DNA of 64,000 nt, from assembly GCA_964016885.1 (NCBI GenBank), contig OZ024759.1, positions 13,144,001 to 13,208,000 of the forward strand. Reading direction: 5' to 3'. Each line of letters begins with the position of its first letter. Position 1 is the stretch's first letter. Under the pieces are notes generated by a model. The model did no database searches, was not told where the DNA came from, and saw nothing but the letters and a program-made list of their open reading frames with translations. A program made the position numbers and the translations under genes. This document shows, piece by piece, positions 38,505 to 54,434 of the stretch. Source of the DNA: Eledone cirrhosa (taxonomy: Eukaryota).

Positions 38505-41368
38505 ATGGTGGCTGCCAACTCGTTTTCGAGTACGGCCACTACTTTATATCCATGTAGGAGAACCCCTACCGATGCGCTGAACGAGTGTGACTTTTTAGTC
38601 CAGCCAGAGACTTAAAAACTTTGGTACAAACACTACACTTGTGACAATTATTGACACATAGTGCTGGGCCCATGGTACCATGTGATGACAAATGCAGAGA
38701 GATCTCCAGATATAAAGCAATGCCTGTGCCGTGAAGCTTTTATAGTGAGCAAAGGCACAGCACAAAGCCAGTCCCACTCTCTTAACCAAGATGATATTTA
38801 CCAAGAAGAAGAACAAGTCAACATCATTGGATACCATCAGGGTTGCAGGTGTTATATCAGAGTTTTCCTTCTCCTAGAATTCTGCCTTGACAAAGGCTAA
38901 GGGGTCATCTCTCCCGGTGATTTTGGATGGCCATTGACTCTTAAAAGCTCCTTTGCCCTTTGACAGGTTTTGTTTTTAGTCCTGCAGGATGTCCAAAGTC
39001 ACCCTCCTCACCAAGAAACCTTGGTGGGGTTGCCAGTTTAGTCGCCAACGACCCGACCATGAGACAGGTTGTACTGGAATACATGTTACCAGTACCACCA
39101 ACTGGTGACCTGACATAACACTCACATATACACACATACATACATACATACATACATATGGCTGCGATAGCTGGCACCTTCAAAATTTGCAAAACATTCT
39201 TGCGATTCAAGGGATGACAATTTCTTTTCTTTTACAACCTTGCCACCAGGAAGGTGGCTGGTCAAAAAAATATACTCGAAATTAAGAGATGTACACACAT
39301 ACACACATACACACATACATACACACATATACACATACACACATACATACTCACACATATATACACCCTCACATATAGACACATACACACTCACATATAC
39401 ACACATACATACACACACACACATACACACCCGCATATAAACACATACATACACTCACATATACACGGATACATACACACACATATACATACATACACAC
39501 TCACATACACACACTCACATATATACGCATACATACTCACATATACACACAGCCACATACATACACACATGCACTCACTCTCTCACACACACAAACACGC
39601 ACACACACTCTCTCACACACACATACACACACACAAATATAATTTTTTAAAGATAAAAACTAACAAGATTAAAATATTAGAACAATAAGATTGGAGTGGG
39701 GGGGGCATGGGGTATTGGTGCGGGGGGGAGACCCTAGTAGGGCTGGATAACAGCATGTGGGGGTGGGTGTAATAGCATTTGAGGATGGGAGGTAACAGAC
39801 CCTAATATGAGAGGTGGGGAGTAACAGATCCTAATATAAGAGGTGGGGGGTAACAGACCCTAATATAAGAGGGGGGGGTAACAGACCCTAATATGAGAGG
39901 TGGGGGGTAACAGGTCCTAATATAAGAGGTGGGGGTAACAGACCCTAATATGAGAAGTGGGGGGTAACAGAGACTCTAATATTGACTGGGCGTCCCTTTA
40001 TGATCTGAGTTCAAATCCCGCCGAGGTTAACTTTGCCTTTCATCCTTACGGGGTCGATAAAATAAAGTACCAGTAATGCACTGGGGTAATTGCTGGCCTT
40101 GTGCCTAAAATAGAAACAATTATTAATAATTGTTTCTACTTTTGGCACAAGGTCAGCAATTACCCCAGTGTATTACTGGTACTATATTTTATCGACCCCA
40201 TAAGGATGAAAGGCAAATTTAACCTAGATGGGATTTGAACTCAAAACGCAAAGGGCCGTAACTCTATGCTGCAAAGCATGGCGTCTGACCCTCTACTGAT
40301 ACTGCCAACGGGACAATAGCATGTGAGAGGAGGGGGGAGACCCTAATTATGGCTGGACAATAGCATGTGAGAGGAGGGGGGAGACTCTAATTATGGCTGG
40401 ACAATAGCATGTGAGAGGAGGGGGAGACCCTAATTATAGCTGGACAATAGCATGTGATAAAGAAAAGGGGGAAATAGGGAGTTTGATTACAGGAGAGAAG
40501 GGGAACAGCACTTGAGAAAGAGAGGTGGGCGAGGGGGGGGCACTTAAGGAGTTTAATTAGGGTGTGGGGAGGGGGAACAACAACAACAACAACTACAACT
40601 TGATTAGAACACTTTGTTGAAAAGTTGACAGAAGAGAAATGGACTATGTTGACTGTAAGTGGTGTGTGTTTATATATGAGGGTATGTATATATGTATGTG
40701 TGTATATGTGTACATCTAGACAGATGGAGTTGTATGTATGTATATGTGTATATATATATGACAGGCCACCAGTTGGTGCTACTGGTAACATGTATCCCAG
40801 TACAACCTGTCCCATGGTCGGGTCGTTGGCGACTAAACTGGCAACCCCACCAAGGTTTCTTGGTGAGGAGGGTGACTTTGGACATCCTGCAGGACTAAAA
40901 ACAAAACCTGTCAAAGGGCAAAGGAGCTCTTAAGAGTCAATGGCCATCCAAATTCACCGGGATAGATGACCCCTTAGCCTTTGTCAAGGCAGAATTCTAG
41001 GAGAAGGAAAACTCTGATATAACACCTGCAACCCTGATGGTATCCAATGATGTTGACTTGTTCTTCTTTTTGGTAAATATCATCTTGGTTAAGAGAGTGG
41101 GACTGGCTTTGTGCAGTGCCTTTGCTCACTATAAAAGCTTCACGGCACAGGCATTGCTTTATATATGGAGATCTCTCTGCACTTGTTGTCACATGGTACC
41201 ATGGGCCCAGCACTATGTGTCAATAATTGTCACAAGTGTAGTGTTTGTACCAGAGCTTTCAAGTTGCTGGCTGAACTAAAAAGTCACACTCGTTCAGCGC
41301 ATCGGTAGGGGTTCTCCTACTTGGATATAAAGTAGTGGCCGTACTTGAAACGAGTTGGCAGCCACCAT
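38505..41368. repeat. Pair of ~610-bp interspersed elements in inverted orientation (38505-39117 and 40757-41368)
   Basis: Highly similar reverse complements; the ORF track gives matching translations on opposite strands. A more diverged third relative lies at ~41455-41992. Confidence 0.9.
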
Positions 41369-42348
41369 GTATGTATGTATGTGTATATATGTGTACATCT
41401 AAACAGATGGAGTTGTATGTATGTATGTGTGTATATATATATATACACACACATATGTCGGGTCACTCTTGAGTGATACTGGTAACATGTAACCCAGTAC
41501 AACCTGTCACATAGTCAGGTCGTCGGCGACTAAACCAGCAACCCCACCAAGTTTATTTGGTGAGGAGGGTGATTTTGGACACCCTGCAGGACAAAAAACA
41601 AAACCTGACAAAGGGCGGAAGAACTCGTAAGAGTCAACGGCCATCTGAAAGTGTGTAAATATGTATATACACATGTACCACGTGGTTAAACCACTGGGAG
41701 TGAAAGACCCCTAGCCTTTGTCAGGGCATTCTTCTAGGAGAAGGCAACTCAGGAAACTGGGATGACTCCGATATAAAACTTGTGGCTCAGTAGTTACCGA
41801 TGATGTTGATCTTTTCTTCTTTTCGGGTTATAGCTACTGTCTCTCAGAGAGTGGGATTGGCTCAGTGCACAGTCTTTCCTCACTTTAAAAAATATCTTCA
41901 CGCACAGTTATTGCACAATAGAATTAATTGGTAATTATTAATAATGGTATGTCGTGCAATGGCCATACTAGATAACGAGGGGGCAGCCATCATATATATA
42001 TATATAGAGAGAGAGAGAGAAAGAAAGACAGAGAGAGAGAGAAAGACGGAGAGAGAGATTTAAAATCCGACCAAGCCAGCTGGCGCCACAGTTGGGAGTT
42101 TACATATCTCTATACTCACTCTGCATATCGCCATGCATTGAGTACTCCCATGATTACTAGTCTCCCCGGTTTCACCACCACAGACTCTCTCTCTCTCTAC
42201 ATATATATATATACATACATACATATATATATATATACATATATATATACGTGTGTGTGTGTATGTATGTATATATATATATATAAATATATATATATAT
42301 ACGTGTGTGTGTGTGTGTGTATGTATGTGTATATATATATATATATAT

Positions 42349-42547
42349 ATAGGAACCAGTAAGACCCCGACGGCTGAACTCAAGCCGTTTCGACGGCTAA
42401 TTCTGGACGAGTCCAGAATTAACCGTCGAAACGGCTTGAGCTCAGCCGTCGGGGTCTTACTGGTTCCTATTACCCACTCTACTACCCTAAATATTGAGTA
42501 CTTTGGTGCGTTATGGTCCACCTGGTTCCTTACCACATTTCCTTCGT
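42349..42547 (+). mobile_element. Fold-back element family F (Penelope-like end with hammerhead half-core); 6 copies
   Basis: Palindrome 42349-42470 plus a ~77-nt tail. Other copies at 43777-43916(+), 45784-45964(-), 49832-49995(-), 59095-59284(+, decayed), 61554-61720(+). All abut (TA)n. Confidence 0.75.
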
Positions 42548-42935
42548 TATATCTATATATATATATATATATATATGTATTATTATTATTCTTTACATTC
42601 CTTACATTAAACTACAACTATGTTGACAATCTTTAAAAAAATCAGTTCCCGTCCCACCCTTGCAAGCAGGGAAAAGCGGACGTAAAAGGATGATGATGAT
42701 GATACATATACATATAAATATATATATACATATACATATATATATAAATATTTATTTATATATATATATATATATAAATATTTATTTATATAAATATATA
42801 CACATATAATTATAAATATAAATTCAGCGAGAATTGCATTACATATAATTATATATATATACATATTTTTTTTTTTAGTGTAACTTGACTTTGTTGTTTT
42901 TATTTTAATTGTTAATTTAATACCTAATACCTAAT

Positions 42936-42981
<46 letters not shown>

Positions 42982-44062
42982 GGAGGCACATGGCTTGGTG
43001 GTTAGAGCATTAGCCTTGCAATCGAAAGGTTGTGAGTTCAATTCTCAGACTGGGTGATGTGTTGTTTCCTTGAGCAAGACACTTTATTTCACATTGCTCC
43101 AGTTTACTCAGCTGTAGAAATGAGATGATAGGGACCGGGGTCCCTATCATTCCACTGCAAAGTGGTCGTAGAGGTGCACCCAGCCCACATTGTAAAGTGG
43201 ACGTGTAGATGCCATGGCAAAAAAGCACCCAGCACTCACTGTAAATGAGGTTGGTATTAGGAAGGGCATCCAGCTGTAGAAATCAAGCCAGAATCAGTTC
43301 CCGTCCCACCCTTGCAAGCAGGGAAAAGCGGACGTAAGATGATGATGATGATGATATATATATATGTGTATGTACACATAAATATATGTATTTATGTATA
43401 TATATACATATATGTGTGTGTGTACATAAATATGTGTGTGTATGTATGTATATATGTGTGTGCCTCTATATATTTAGTATGCCAGTCTTTATCACAAATT
43501 ATATTAATTCAAAAGTTGACTTCATTATTTTTGGCAACAATATCAGTTAATGTTGAAAATAACCAGGTCAACATTTTACCTCCATTTTCTCTTCATTTAA
43601 TTATTAATTATCTAATTTATTTAGTTTCATTTTCTGCTCCTTTTATTATATCATTAAAAGTTATTGTTGAGTATGTGAGTGTGTTTCTGAAATGGAAGTA
43701 TAGGCAGTATGTGTGTATTACCTTTAATGTTTTCATTGTGTATGTATGTATAATGTATATATATATATATATATATATAGGAACGAGTAGGACCCCGACG
43801 GCTGAGCTCAAGCCGTTTCGACGGCTAATTCTGGAATTAGCCGTCGAAACGGCTTGAGCTCAGCCGTCGGGGTCCTACATGTTCCTATTACCCACTCTAC
43901 TATCCTAAGTATTGAGGGAAAAGCAGACGTAAAAAGATGATGATGATGATGATGATGATGATGATATATATGTATGTAAAAGGTAAACAGAAATAACAAC
44001 ACAATCAGTACAGTATATGGAAGGTATATATTAGGTTAACGCTTGATATAGCAGGAAGTGGG

Positions 44063-44098
44063 TCTTAACGTTTCGGACGCTAGTCCTTCATCAGAAGA
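44063..44098 (-). ncRNA. Minimal type I hammerhead ribozyme motif (Penelope-like element end)
   Basis: Minus strand UCUU-CUGAUGA-A-GGAC(UAGC)GUCC-GAAACGUU-AAGA: intact core boxes, 4-bp stem II, 4-bp stem I, and palindromic ACGU stem III. Confidence 0.6.
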
Positions 44099-44179
44099 AA
44101 GAATGAGAAATAAGATAGATTGAGGCGACGGGCGGGTTGGGATTGGAAAAAATATCTTTAGATAAAGATAATAGGTCCA

Positions 44180-44485
44180 TTGATGTTGACATCTCTGAGC
44201 TGGACCAACCTCCAAACAGGACGTCATTATGTGGTGCCAAAGGTCCCATATTTCACATCTACAATAAGGAGCAGATATTGCAATAGCCTGGGGTTCAAAG
44301 GCCCTCAGCTTTTCAACATGTGTGAAATCTGCATGGTGTGGACGTGGATGTTTTCAAGAAACATCTTGACACTCTGCTATCCTGGATCCCGGATAGGTAA
44401 CTTAAGGGCAGCAGCAACAAACTCCCTCTTACACCAATGGCCAGCCAACACAGGCAGGAGATAGAATGTGTAGCAACAAGGGCAG
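44180..44485 (+). mobile_element. Degenerate LINE ORF2 3' fragment (CR1/L2-like group)
   Basis: RSRYCNSLGFKGPQLFN ... RAAATNSL C-terminal motif, frameshifted. Confidence 0.5.
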
Positions 44486-44849
44486 TCATCATCATCACAT
44501 ATATATATCTCAGCTATTATTTTATTTCATTTCACGTCCGCTTTTCCCTGCTTGCAAGGGTGGGACGGGAACTGATTCTGGCTTGATTTCTACAGCTGGA
44601 TGCCCTTCCTAACACCAACCTCATTTACAGTGAGTGCTGGGTGCTTTTTTGCCGTGACACCTCCACGACCACTTTGCAGTGGAATGATAGGGACCCCAGT
44701 TCCTATCATCTCATTTCTACAGCTGAGTAAACTGGAGCAATGTGAAATAAAGTGTCTTGCTCAAGGAAACAACACATTACCTGGTCTGAGAATTGAACTC
44801 ACAACCTTTTGATTGCAAGGTCAATGCTCTAACCACTAAGTCATGTGCT

Positions 44850-44890
<41 letters not shown>

Positions 44891-46059
44891 GTTTCTTTAT
44901 TGGCCACAAGGGCTGACACGAAGAAAATCATTAGAGACGGCACAGAACAGTACAGGACAATTCAAAGTGGGTTTGGGCTGTGTAAACAGGTTATAGCAAA
45001 ATCGGGCTAGAAATCCAAAAAAATTCAAACAACAAAAATTCCCCTAGAAGGGGGAAATCTCCGAGGGTCACTCGTGGTGAAAACCACACAAAAGACCACA
45101 GCCACCCTGACCACCAGGGCAAGTGTCCTCTCTCACTTTCCCCACTCCTCAGTCTACAGCTGTATACTCAGAGCAGACTCGCCACTTTCACCTTTCAACA
45201 AACTTACTAGAAGACAGCACTTGCCTCTCCATCTTGAATAATAATAGTAATAATAATAAATTTCAAGACTAAAATCCAAAGAGGGCTCGATAAGGATAAA
45301 TATATATCAAATATATATGAACCCTAGAGCAAATATTTATTAAAATAACAGTTTCAGAAGATACATATATGGGAGTAGGCCACCTTCAACAGTGTGGTTC
45401 AATCATCATTTTCATCATTTTTTATGTCCGCTTTTCCCTGCTTGCAAGGGTGGGACAGAAACTGATTCTGGCTTGATTTCTACAGCTGGATGCCCTTCCT
45501 AACACCAACCTCATTTACAGTGAGTGCTGGGTGCTTTTTTGCTGTGGCACCTCCACGACCACTTTTGCAGTGGAATGATATGGACCCCGTCCCTATCATC
45601 TCATTTCTACAGCTGAGTAAACTGGAGCAATGTGAAATAAAGTATCTTGCTCAAGGAAACAACACATCACCCGGTCTGAGAATTGAACTCACAACCTGAA
45701 TAAATTAAATAAATAACTAATCAGAGCTATATTAAAATTTTATCTGACAGTACTTCAAACTTATAATATATATATATATAACAAAGGAATTGTGGTAAGG
45801 AACCAGATGGACCATAACGCACCAGAGTACTCAATACTTAGGGTAGTAGAGTGAGAAATAGGAAAAAGTATGACCCCCGACGGCAGAGCTCAAGCCGTTT
45901 CGACGGCCAGAAATAGAAGTCGAAACGGCTTGAGCTCTGCCGTCGGGGTCATACTTTTTCCTATATATATATATATGTATATATATATAAATGGAAAAAA
46001 TGAAACAAAATTTCATTTCTCACTCTTAGTACGGCTGTTATATTATATACTTATATTTA

Positions 46060-48564
<2,505 letters not shown>

Positions 48565-49758
48565 TCGGCGGTCCCATCGGGGAAATGGCCATGCTCAGTG
48601 TGTAGGAAAGGCGTAGGTAGAAACTCCATTTTATGTCCCAAATGCAAAGTATGGGTGCATAAAAGATGTAGTGGGATCACAGGTAAGCTAACTAAGAACA
48701 TAGATTTTACATGTGGCCGGTGCTCTGGTGCAATAAGTAGCAGCAAGTGCCCACAAAATACTATCTCCTTCAACTGCGCAGAGGGTTCTATAGAAATAGT
48801 GGACAGCTTCCGTTATCTGGGTGACAAAATCAGCAGTGGGGGAGGGTGCTCTGAAAGTACAGTAGCTAGAGTCAGAACTGGATGGAAAAAGTTCAGAGAG
48901 CTTATACCACTATTAGCCGCTAGAGGGTTCTCCCTAAAAATGAAAGGCAGGTTATACGATGCCTGCATACGAACAGCAATGCTGCATGGCAGTGAGACCT
49001 GGGCATTGTGTGCAGAGGATATACGCAGACTAGAGAGGAACGAAGCTTGCATGCTCCGCTGGATGTGCAATAGTAATATACGTGAACGGCAAAGCATAAA
49101 CGAACTAAGGAAAAAATTAGAAATAAGAGGGATCAGATGTTGTTTACTCGAGAGAAGGCTACGTTGGTACGGTCACGTGATGCGCATGAAAGACGACAGC
49201 TGTATAACAAAGTGCAGGGCAATAAAGATAGACGGTAGCCACGGAGTAGGCAGACCCAGAAAAACATGGGACGAGCTGATAAATTCCGACCTCACACGCT
49301 TACACCTCTCCAAGACAATGTCACTGGACCGAGACCTTTGGCGGTACTCAGTAATAGAGAAGACCCGCCTTACCTAAATACAAAGTAAAAACCTACTACA
49401 GTCAGTAGGCACCTCTATCAAAACACACCCCCGTCCCACCACCTCCACCCCACCCACACCGCCCCTTTCAATGTAAAGTTATGTTGGTCCCACAACATCC
49501 AGGCCGAGACAAATGAGATCGTGTAGGTGTCACGACAAAAAACACACAGTCCACGCTGTAAATGTGGCCGTGTAGGCAACACGGTAAAAACCTCCCAGCC
49601 CCACACTGTAAATGTGGTTGGTGTTAGGAAGGGCATCCAGCTGTAGAAAACCCGCCAGACAGTCCTATGCGAGCAAGACAACCACTCTTGCCTCAAGTGG
49701 GAAAACCCCCGTCCAAACCCATGCAAGCGTGGAACACGGACGTCAAACGATGATGATG

Positions 49759-49760
<2 letters not shown>
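48565..49760 (+). mobile_element. 5'-truncated RTE-clade LINE with an uninterrupted 270-codon ORF remnant (48565-49377), 3' UTR and (GAT)n tail, inserted in (TA)n
   Basis: Cys-rich finger, then [14 protein letters not shown] (RT YLG), [21 protein letters not shown] and GRPRKTW; stop at 49375-49377. Confidence 0.9.
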
Positions 49761-49827
<67 letters not shown>

Positions 49828-49990
49828 CATATGTGGTAAAGAACCAGGTGGACCATAACGCACCAGAGTACTCAATACTATGGGTAGTAGAGTGGGTAAC
49901 AGGAAAAGAGTCAGGACCCCGACGGCTGAGCTCCGGCAGCTAGATCTGTTGTAACGGCCGGAGCTCAGCCGTCGGGGTCCTGACTCTTTT

Positions 49991-50039
<49 letters not shown>

Positions 50040-51018
50040 TCCTAGAATTAACGATTAACTAATTAATTTAATTAGATGATTCTATTGATTGATTAATTGT
50101 TTATGTTTGTTTGATAACTTCTGGTTGAGAGCTTAGTTCGGTTTGTCTAAGGGATTCATTCCTTTATCTCAAATTAGAATTCACCGCCTAAACGGGGGTT
50201 ACCTCCCTTGGAGAAAACCACGTGTCTGTGGCAAAATTTAAAGCTACAACATGCCCGCTCAGGCTAAGAACGAAAGACTTGCTGAAGAAGGAAATCCTAT
50301 GTTCTGTCGTCAAAAACCATTATATTGCAGACTCCTGCAATCGGAATTTGTCGGTCTTGGATTTGCAGGAACTTAGCGCTGATGTTGGGTGCTGTATGTG
50401 ATGTGTATTGTTGATATACGATGTAAGTTATATATTTTGCACTCAGCCTCACCGCTCTGTCCGGGTCAGTATAAAATCTTTTCCTGGGTCCTGTATTTTC
50501 GTTGTTCTAGTGATGCGGCTGGACTGCCGACCACTATATCTGATTTGCTAAGCTGTCTGAACATAATTGTTTCTACTTTTGGCACAAGGCCAGCAATTAT
50601 CCCAGTGCATTACTGGTACTTTATTTTATCGACCCCGTAAGGATGAAAGGCAAAGTTAACCTCGGCGGGATTTGAACTCAGATCATAAAGGGAGGTAACT
50701 CTATGCTTCAAAGCATGGCGTCCGACCCTTACCAATCCCATCAGAGTGCTAAAGCTACAGACCGATTCTGCATTCGTTAGCTTGGCCGTGTTCTATTCTA
50801 AAGCTTCGTTAATGCTGTACTAAAATTTATATATATATAAAAAAGGAACGATCGACTTTCGTCAAATCGGACCGAGGGAACAATGTTTCCGTTGGTCTTT
50901 CCTATTGCTAATACTATCTATCGGTCGCAACTCCAGGTAGAAGGAGCAACGTGAAATAAAGTGTCTTGCTCAAGGACATAACGCATCGCCTGGTCCAGGA
51001 ATCGAACTCACAACCTCA

Positions 51019-51057
<39 letters not shown>

Positions 51058-51889
51058 AGGCATATCATATATATGATGGAGGCACATGGCTTAGTGGTTA
51101 GAGCATTGGCCTTGCAATCGAAAGGTTGTGAGTTCAATTCTCAGACCGGGTGATGTGTTGTTTCCTTGAGCAAGACACTTTATTTCACATTGCTCCAGTT
51201 TACTCAGCTGTAGAAATGAGATGATAGGGACTGAGATCCATATCATTCCACTGCAAAGTGGTCGTGGAGGTGCCACGGCAAAAAAGCACCCAGCACTCAC
51301 TGTAAATGAGGTTGGTGTTAGGAAGGGCATCCAGCTGTAGAAATCAAGCCAGAATCAGTTCCCGTCCCACCCTTGCAAGCAGGGAAAAGCGGACGTAAAA
51401 TGAAATGAAATGAAAATGAAATATATAGTTTAATAAATGCACAGAGAACAAAAAACAGAGAGGCAGTACAAATGCTATTGATTTTAGTTTCATGCTTGAG
51501 AGTGTGGGGGGGGGGGGACGTTACAGGCATAAGCCCTTCATCAGGAGAACAGTGGGTAGGAAGAGAGTTCCGAGGGGGAGTGGTGGAAAGTCAAGTCATT
51601 AAAAAAAAAGGGGGGGGGGGGGGGTAGAGAAAAGGGAGGAAAAACAAATATATATATATAAATAAATATATATAAATATATATATATATATACACACACA
51701 CGTATATATGTGAGTATGTATATGTAATATATACAATGACACCATTTTTGCACACGTTCTTCAATAAATATTCATACAAAACATTGAGGATTGGTGAAAC
51801 AGATGTGGTTTATGTAATCAAATACATATAATGGACGGGCGGACCGACACTCTGTCTGTCAGTCCCTGTCTGTTTGTCTGTCCGTCACT

Positions 51890-54420
51890 CTGTCTGACAG
51901 ACAGAGTGACAGCCAGACAGAGTGACTGACTGACTGACAGACAGAGTGACTGACTGACAGACAAACAGAGTGACTGACTGACAGACAGACAGACTGACTG
52001 ACAGACAGAGTGACTGACTGACAGACAGAGTGACAGCCAGACTGACTGACTGACTGACTGACAGACAGAGTGACTGACTGACAGACAGAGTGACAGACAG
52101 AGTGACTGACTGACAGACAGACAGAGTGACTGACAGACAAACAGAGTGACTGACTGACAGACAGAGTGACTGACTGACAGACAGACAGAGTGACTGACTG
52201 ACAGACAAACAGAGTGACTGACTGACAGACAGACAGAGTGACTGACTGACAGACAGACAGAGTGACTGACTGACAGACAGACTGACTGACAGACAGACAG
52301 AGTGATTGACTGACAGACAAACAGAGTGACTGACTGACAGACAAACAGAGTGACTGACTGACAGACAGACAGAGTGACTGACTGACAGACAGACAGAGTG
52401 ACTGACTGACAGACAAACAGAGTGATTGACTGACAGACAAACAGAGTGATTGACTGACAGACAGACAGAGTGACTGACTGACAGACAAACAGAGTGACTG
52501 ACTGACAGACAAACAGAGTGATTGACTGACAGACAAACAGAGTGATTGACTGACAGACAAACAGAGTGACTGACTGACAGACAAACAGAGTGACTGACTG
52601 ACAGACAGACAGAGTGACTGACTGACAGACAGACTGACTGACAGACAGACAGAGTGATTGACTGACAGACAAACAGAGTGACTGACTGACAGACAAACAG
52701 AGTGACTGACTGACAGACAGACAGAGTGACTGACTGACAGACAGACAGAGTGACTGACTGACAGACAAACAGAGTGATTGACTGACAGACAAACAGAGTG
52801 ATTGACTGACAGACAGACAGAGTGACTGACTGACAGACAAACAGAGTGATTGACTGACAGACAAACAGAGTGATTGACTGACAGACAAACAGAGTGATTG
52901 ACTGACAGACAGACAGAGTGATTGACTGACAGACAGACAGAGTGACTGACTGACAGACAAACAGAGTGACTGACTGACAGACAAACAGAGTGATTGACTG
53001 ACAGACAAACAGTGTGATTGACTGACAGACAGACAGAGTGATTGACTGACAGACAGACAGAGTGACTGACTGACAGACAAACAGAGTGACTGACTGACAG
53101 ACAAACAGAGTGATTGACTGACAGACAGACAGAGTGATTGACTGACAGACAGACAGAGTGACTGACTGACAGTCAAACAGAGTGACTGACTGACAGACAA
53201 ACAGAGTGACTGACTGACAGACAAACAGAGTGACTGACTGACAGACAAACAGAGTGACTGACTGACAGACAGACAGAGTGATTGACTGACAGACAGACAG
53301 AGTGACTGACTGACAGACAGACAGAGTGACTGACTGACAGACAGACAGAGTGACTGACTGACAGACAAACAGAGTGACTGACTGACAGACAAACAGAGTG
53401 ACTGACTGACAGACAAACAGAGTGACTGACTGACAGACAGACAGAGTGATTGACTGACAGACAAACAGTGACTGACTGACAGACAGACAGAGTGACTGAC
53501 TGACAGACAAACAGAGTGACTGACTGACAGACAAACAGAGTGACTGACTGACAGACAGACAGAGTGACTGACTGACAGACAAACAGAGTGACTGACTGAC
53601 AGACAGACAGAGTGATTGACTGACAGGCAAACAGAGTGACTGACTGACAGACAAACAGAGTGATTGACTGACAGACAAACAGAGTGACTGACTGACAGAC
53701 AAACAGAGTGACTGACAGACAAACAGAGTGACTGACTGACAGACAGAGTGATTGACTGACAGACAAACAGAGTGACTGACTGACAGACAGACAGAGTGAC
53801 TGACTGACAGACAAACAGAGTGACTGACTGACAAACAGAGTGACTGACTGACAGACAGACAGAGTGACTGACTGACAGACAAACAGAGTGACTGACTGAC
53901 AGACAGACAGAGTGACTGACTGACAGACAAACAGAGTGATTGACTGACAGACAGACAGAGTGATTGACTGACAGACAAACAGAGTGACTGACTGACAGAC
54001 AGACAGAGTGACTGACTGACAGACAAACAGAGTGACTGACTGACAGACAGACAGAGTGACTGACTGACAGACAAACAGAGTGACTGACTGACAGACAGAC
54101 AGAGTGATTGACTGACAGACAAACAGAGTGACTGACTGACAGACAGACAGAGTGACTGACTGACAGACAGACAGAGTGACTGACTGACAGACAAACAGAG
54201 TGATTGACTGACAGACAAACAGAGTGACTGACTGACAGACAAACAGAGTGACTGACTGACAGACAGACAGAGTGATTGACTGACAGACAAACAGAGTGAC
54301 TGACTGACAGACAGACAGAGTGACTGACTGACAGACAAACAGAGTGACTGACTGACAGACAGAGTGACTGACTGACAGACAGAGTGACTGACAGACAGAC
54401 AGACTGACTGACAGACAGGC
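51890..54420. repeat. ~2.5-kb (GACA/GACT)-based 24-bp composite microsatellite
   Basis: Unit gagtgactgactgacagaca(a/g)aca. Confidence 0.96.
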
Positions 54421-54434
54421 TGAGTGATAGATAT

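Noticed and set aside
42060-42190. Possible first exon on - (ATGGCGATATGCAGA|GTGAGT) or LTR primer-binding site (tggcgccacagttggg)
   Set aside because: No similarity to the GCLM N-terminus and no LTR. It is flanked by microsatellites and carries the ATTGAGTACT tail motif, so it is more likely a repeat remnant.
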